A stretch of DNA of 37,104 nucleotides from Macrostomum lignano (taxonomy: Eukaryota), in contig NIVC01001107.1 in assembly GCA_002269645.1 (NCBI GenBank), forward strand, positions 1-37,104, read 5' to 3'. The position numbers were made by a program, and so were the translations under genes. The notes below the pieces were generated by a model. It was not told the origin of the DNA. It did no database searches and was given only the letters and a program-made list of their open reading frames with translations. This document shows, one piece after another, positions 34,584-37,104 of this stretch. Within the stretch, counting starts at the first letter, position 1, and each line of letters begins with the position of its first letter.

Positions 34584-36122
34584 TTTCTTCTAAAGTCGAA
34601 TTCATGCAGTTTAACTAATAGAGGTCGAAAATTCGACGTCGATTCGAGTTACCACGACAGTTTTAACAAAATAAATATCCCATTTAAATAAGCACTCATC
34701 TGTAAAATTTTGTTTATCTTTGGGCCTGGTTTCTTTTTATTTTTAGTCATGAAACGTTCTTAGTTAGGTTATTTTGCAGCACACGATAATTAATGGAGCA
34801 GGTTTAAATTAATGACGTGAAATTTGCAGTTTTAGTGGCCTGGGCAAAAAAGCACCAATATAGTTAGAAAGTTTGCTTAAAATTTGCAATTTTGAAGTCT
34901 AAGATACAGTTCTGGATCAGTAATCCATTCAAAATATCATTCGCAGCATGTCAGCAAATTAATTTTGTCTTGTTGACAGTTTTTTTCACCAAGTCAGCTA
35001 TGTAATTGTCAATTAACTTGCCAGTAGGCATATGCTCTATAGACTTTTTTCTAAACTTTTGGTTATTGCATGGGGTTGTTAGTCATAGCATCAATATATG
35101 GGGTCGTTCTGATCAGCAGCCATTATTATATTAAGTATAATTATTTTTTACGATCATATATTGTCATACTAGGAAGAATTACTTGTATTAGCATTTGCAA
35201 CTATCACCATTTGCTTGTTGTCCCATTAACAACATCACCTTGTAAAATATCAAATCTAACATTTTGTTTGATACGTAGAGCCAATAGGCTTTTGGCCCAT
35301 ATGTGGAACATCCTTGCTTTGGCTATTAAAAAAATTACTTTTTCATTGCTACAGGTTTTTATTGCTTTCCTTGTTATGTCATGAAATCATCAATTATGTT
35401 ATGATAATATTTATGCCTTATGTATGGTGATGCTAAAAAACATTTTGGCTTATTTTTATCCATTATATAATCACTATGCAAGAAAATCTCTATTAACTTA
35501 TAAAATTAAAGTCTAATGATGTGAAACATAAACTTTTATTTTCTTTACAATTAAAGAATCATATTTTTATTTTTAGGCTTCTCTTATTGTTAAACTCTTG
35601 AGATTAATTAGCCTAATTATTTCAGATCTCAGATAATTGCTATATAAATGGTGTACTATTATAAATCAATTGCTCATTTTATTACTTTTGATACAGTACT
35701 GCACTTTAATGGCTTGCAATAATAGTAATTATTTTACTCATAGTAATATGTCCCACTTAAACCATAAGCTATACGAGTATTATCAATTCTAAACTTTTGC
35801 TATAAATTTTTGATCGTTGTTACTGAACAATACAAAATACATATTTGAATTGGTCAGGGTTAAGTTGAGCATTTTAAAATACGAAGGGAATTTCAAATAT
35901 TTTGGAATAAATACTCAATATTTTCATTTCATATAGGTCTAATGTATATTTACAACTTTCTACATCTTCCGCACTATTGCTACATTCCTTGATCTATACA
36001 AAATGCATTCTATAATTTATCCTTTCAGAGTAAAATGATGGCCTCACGAAATATCAACGAGAAACTTCACAAGACACTGCTGAGCTTCATTAATTTTGAA
36101 GGGGCTTCTGATGCTCATGAAT

Positions 36123-36520
36123 TTACAGGGCGCGTCTCAGAGCCAGGTCACGAACGAACGCCACGCCGCCGGCCGAATCCGGGGCGCCGGCGTCAGCCGC
36201 AGCAGCCAGTCGACGAAACGCCGAGTGCGCGCCTGCCTTCGCCATGGTAGGGGGTGCCTGCAGCGTTAGCAGCAGCACCTGCACAGGCTGTGGGCAGTAC
36301 GACTCGGCGCAGATGATGTGGCCAGCAAGCTGGATCGTCGCGGACGGCGCAACAGGTCGCTTGGACGGACTAGGCCGGCGTGGTGATACAAAGCTGCGTT
36401 GGTCACCCGCTCGTGGCCGATTTTGAAAGCGGCGCGCAGCAGGCCAGCGTGCGCCGCGTCAACTTTTTGCTCGAGCCAATCCGTCAGCGTCCAGGTCTCG
36501 TCATTTCACAACAGGACAGC
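36123..36520 (-). mobile_element. Decayed 3' fragment of an RTE-like non-LTR retrotransposon ORF
   Basis: Minus strand reads ETWTLTDWLEQKVDAAHAGLLRAAF...VTNAALY...QLAGHII...LLLTLQ...RRQARTRRFVD...LADAGAPD across 3 or more frameshifts, stop at 36123-36125. This is the typical post-RT C-terminal region. Confidence 0.75.
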
Positions 36521-37104
36521 ATCATTTTTTTGCTGTTTAAGTACGAGCTCAAAGACGCAGATTATTTAAGTTCATTTTTTATAAGTTTGTTGTTCGTAGT
36601 TTTGTTTTTCTCTAATTTCATTGTATTACGTGTTTTTGACTCGTCTTTTTGTTGGCTTATCTACCATGGCTTCTCTTTTTAATTTATTGATATAAATAAA
36701 ACTATTTTCCAGCTTCTAGTCTTGCATTTTATGCGGTAATTTTTTTCTGCTTTATGCCACGCATTCAAAAGATATATTAGATGATGTCACCCTCAGTGTT
36801 GAATATTTAATTTAGTTATTTCTTTACATAATTTGGCCCGCTTTAGGGCTAGATTGAAGGGCAAATATAAAAAAGTATCCCAAATTTCAGGCAGAAAAAT
36901 TCGACTTCGAATCGACGTCGATTTTTACACCGGGTTGTTCAACTAGCATTGCATGCCAATTAGTATATTAGTCCACATACATGTAAATACGTTCAGCTTG
37001 GCAGTGAGCATTGGTTCGGAAGTCCATCTTTACTAAGAGTACTTCAGTCATGTTATTTTTATTCTTTAATGTTTCAATATTTAGTATAACTGATAACTGA
37101 TATA

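Larger units (their letters stand above)
7679..36934. mobile_element. Non-autonomous TIR DNA transposon (CCC termini, 2-bp TT TSD; CMC/CACTA-TRC-like), native ~2.4 kb = 7679-7725 + 34584-36934, split by the Helitron array
   Basis: Left TIR 7679-7712 CCCGGTGTCAAATTCGACGGCGATTCGAAGTCGA matches the reverse complement of 36901-36934 at 31/34 positions. TT flanks both ends. gtcga-type subterminal repeats resume at 34594-34650. The superfamily call rests only on terminus and TSD pattern; no transposase was seen. Confidence 0.72.

Noticed and set aside
34860-35400. Broken minus-strand frames as a CACTA transposase remnant
   Set aside because: Multiple stops and no recognisable motif.
36035-36682. 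Plus-strand ORFs 36035, 36244 and 36380
   Set aside because: Antisense shadows of the RTE fragment.

Overview
Eukaryotic (animal-like, probably invertebrate) genomic DNA: AT-rich and full of minisatellites, with GT-AG introns and GC-richer exons. No prokaryotic features. (1) 1751-7214 (-): a four-exon DNAAF4/DYX1C1 orthologue (CS domain, coiled coil, TPR) with repeat-filled introns. (2) 7679-36934: a nested transposon complex. A ~2.4-kb non-autonomous element with 34-bp CCC-starting TIRs and a TT duplication was split by a ~26.9-kb insertion (7726-34583) of four related Helitron units joined head-to-tail at CTAG|TCC or CGAG|TCC junctions. Unit A (8595-19866) carries a divergent gene pair on a shared TATA/CCAAT promoter: a 3-exon RPA70-like protein (OB folds A+B) and a previously unannotated 2-exon RGG / CX2CX3HX4C knuckle / poly-Q micro-protein. 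Unit B (19867-32573) carries a 9-exon ~1762-aa RepHel (charged repeats, OTU protease, Zn finger, HUH Rep, Pif1 helicase). The units share a 5' module (fixed-spacing motif; tRNA-like segment in A and B) and position-equivalent satellites. A decayed RTE-type LINE fragment lies at 36.1-36.5 kb. Single-base frameshifts in both DNAAF4 and RepHel, mostly at short homopolymers, look like long-read consensus errors. All calls come from manual translation and alignment; no database searches were run.
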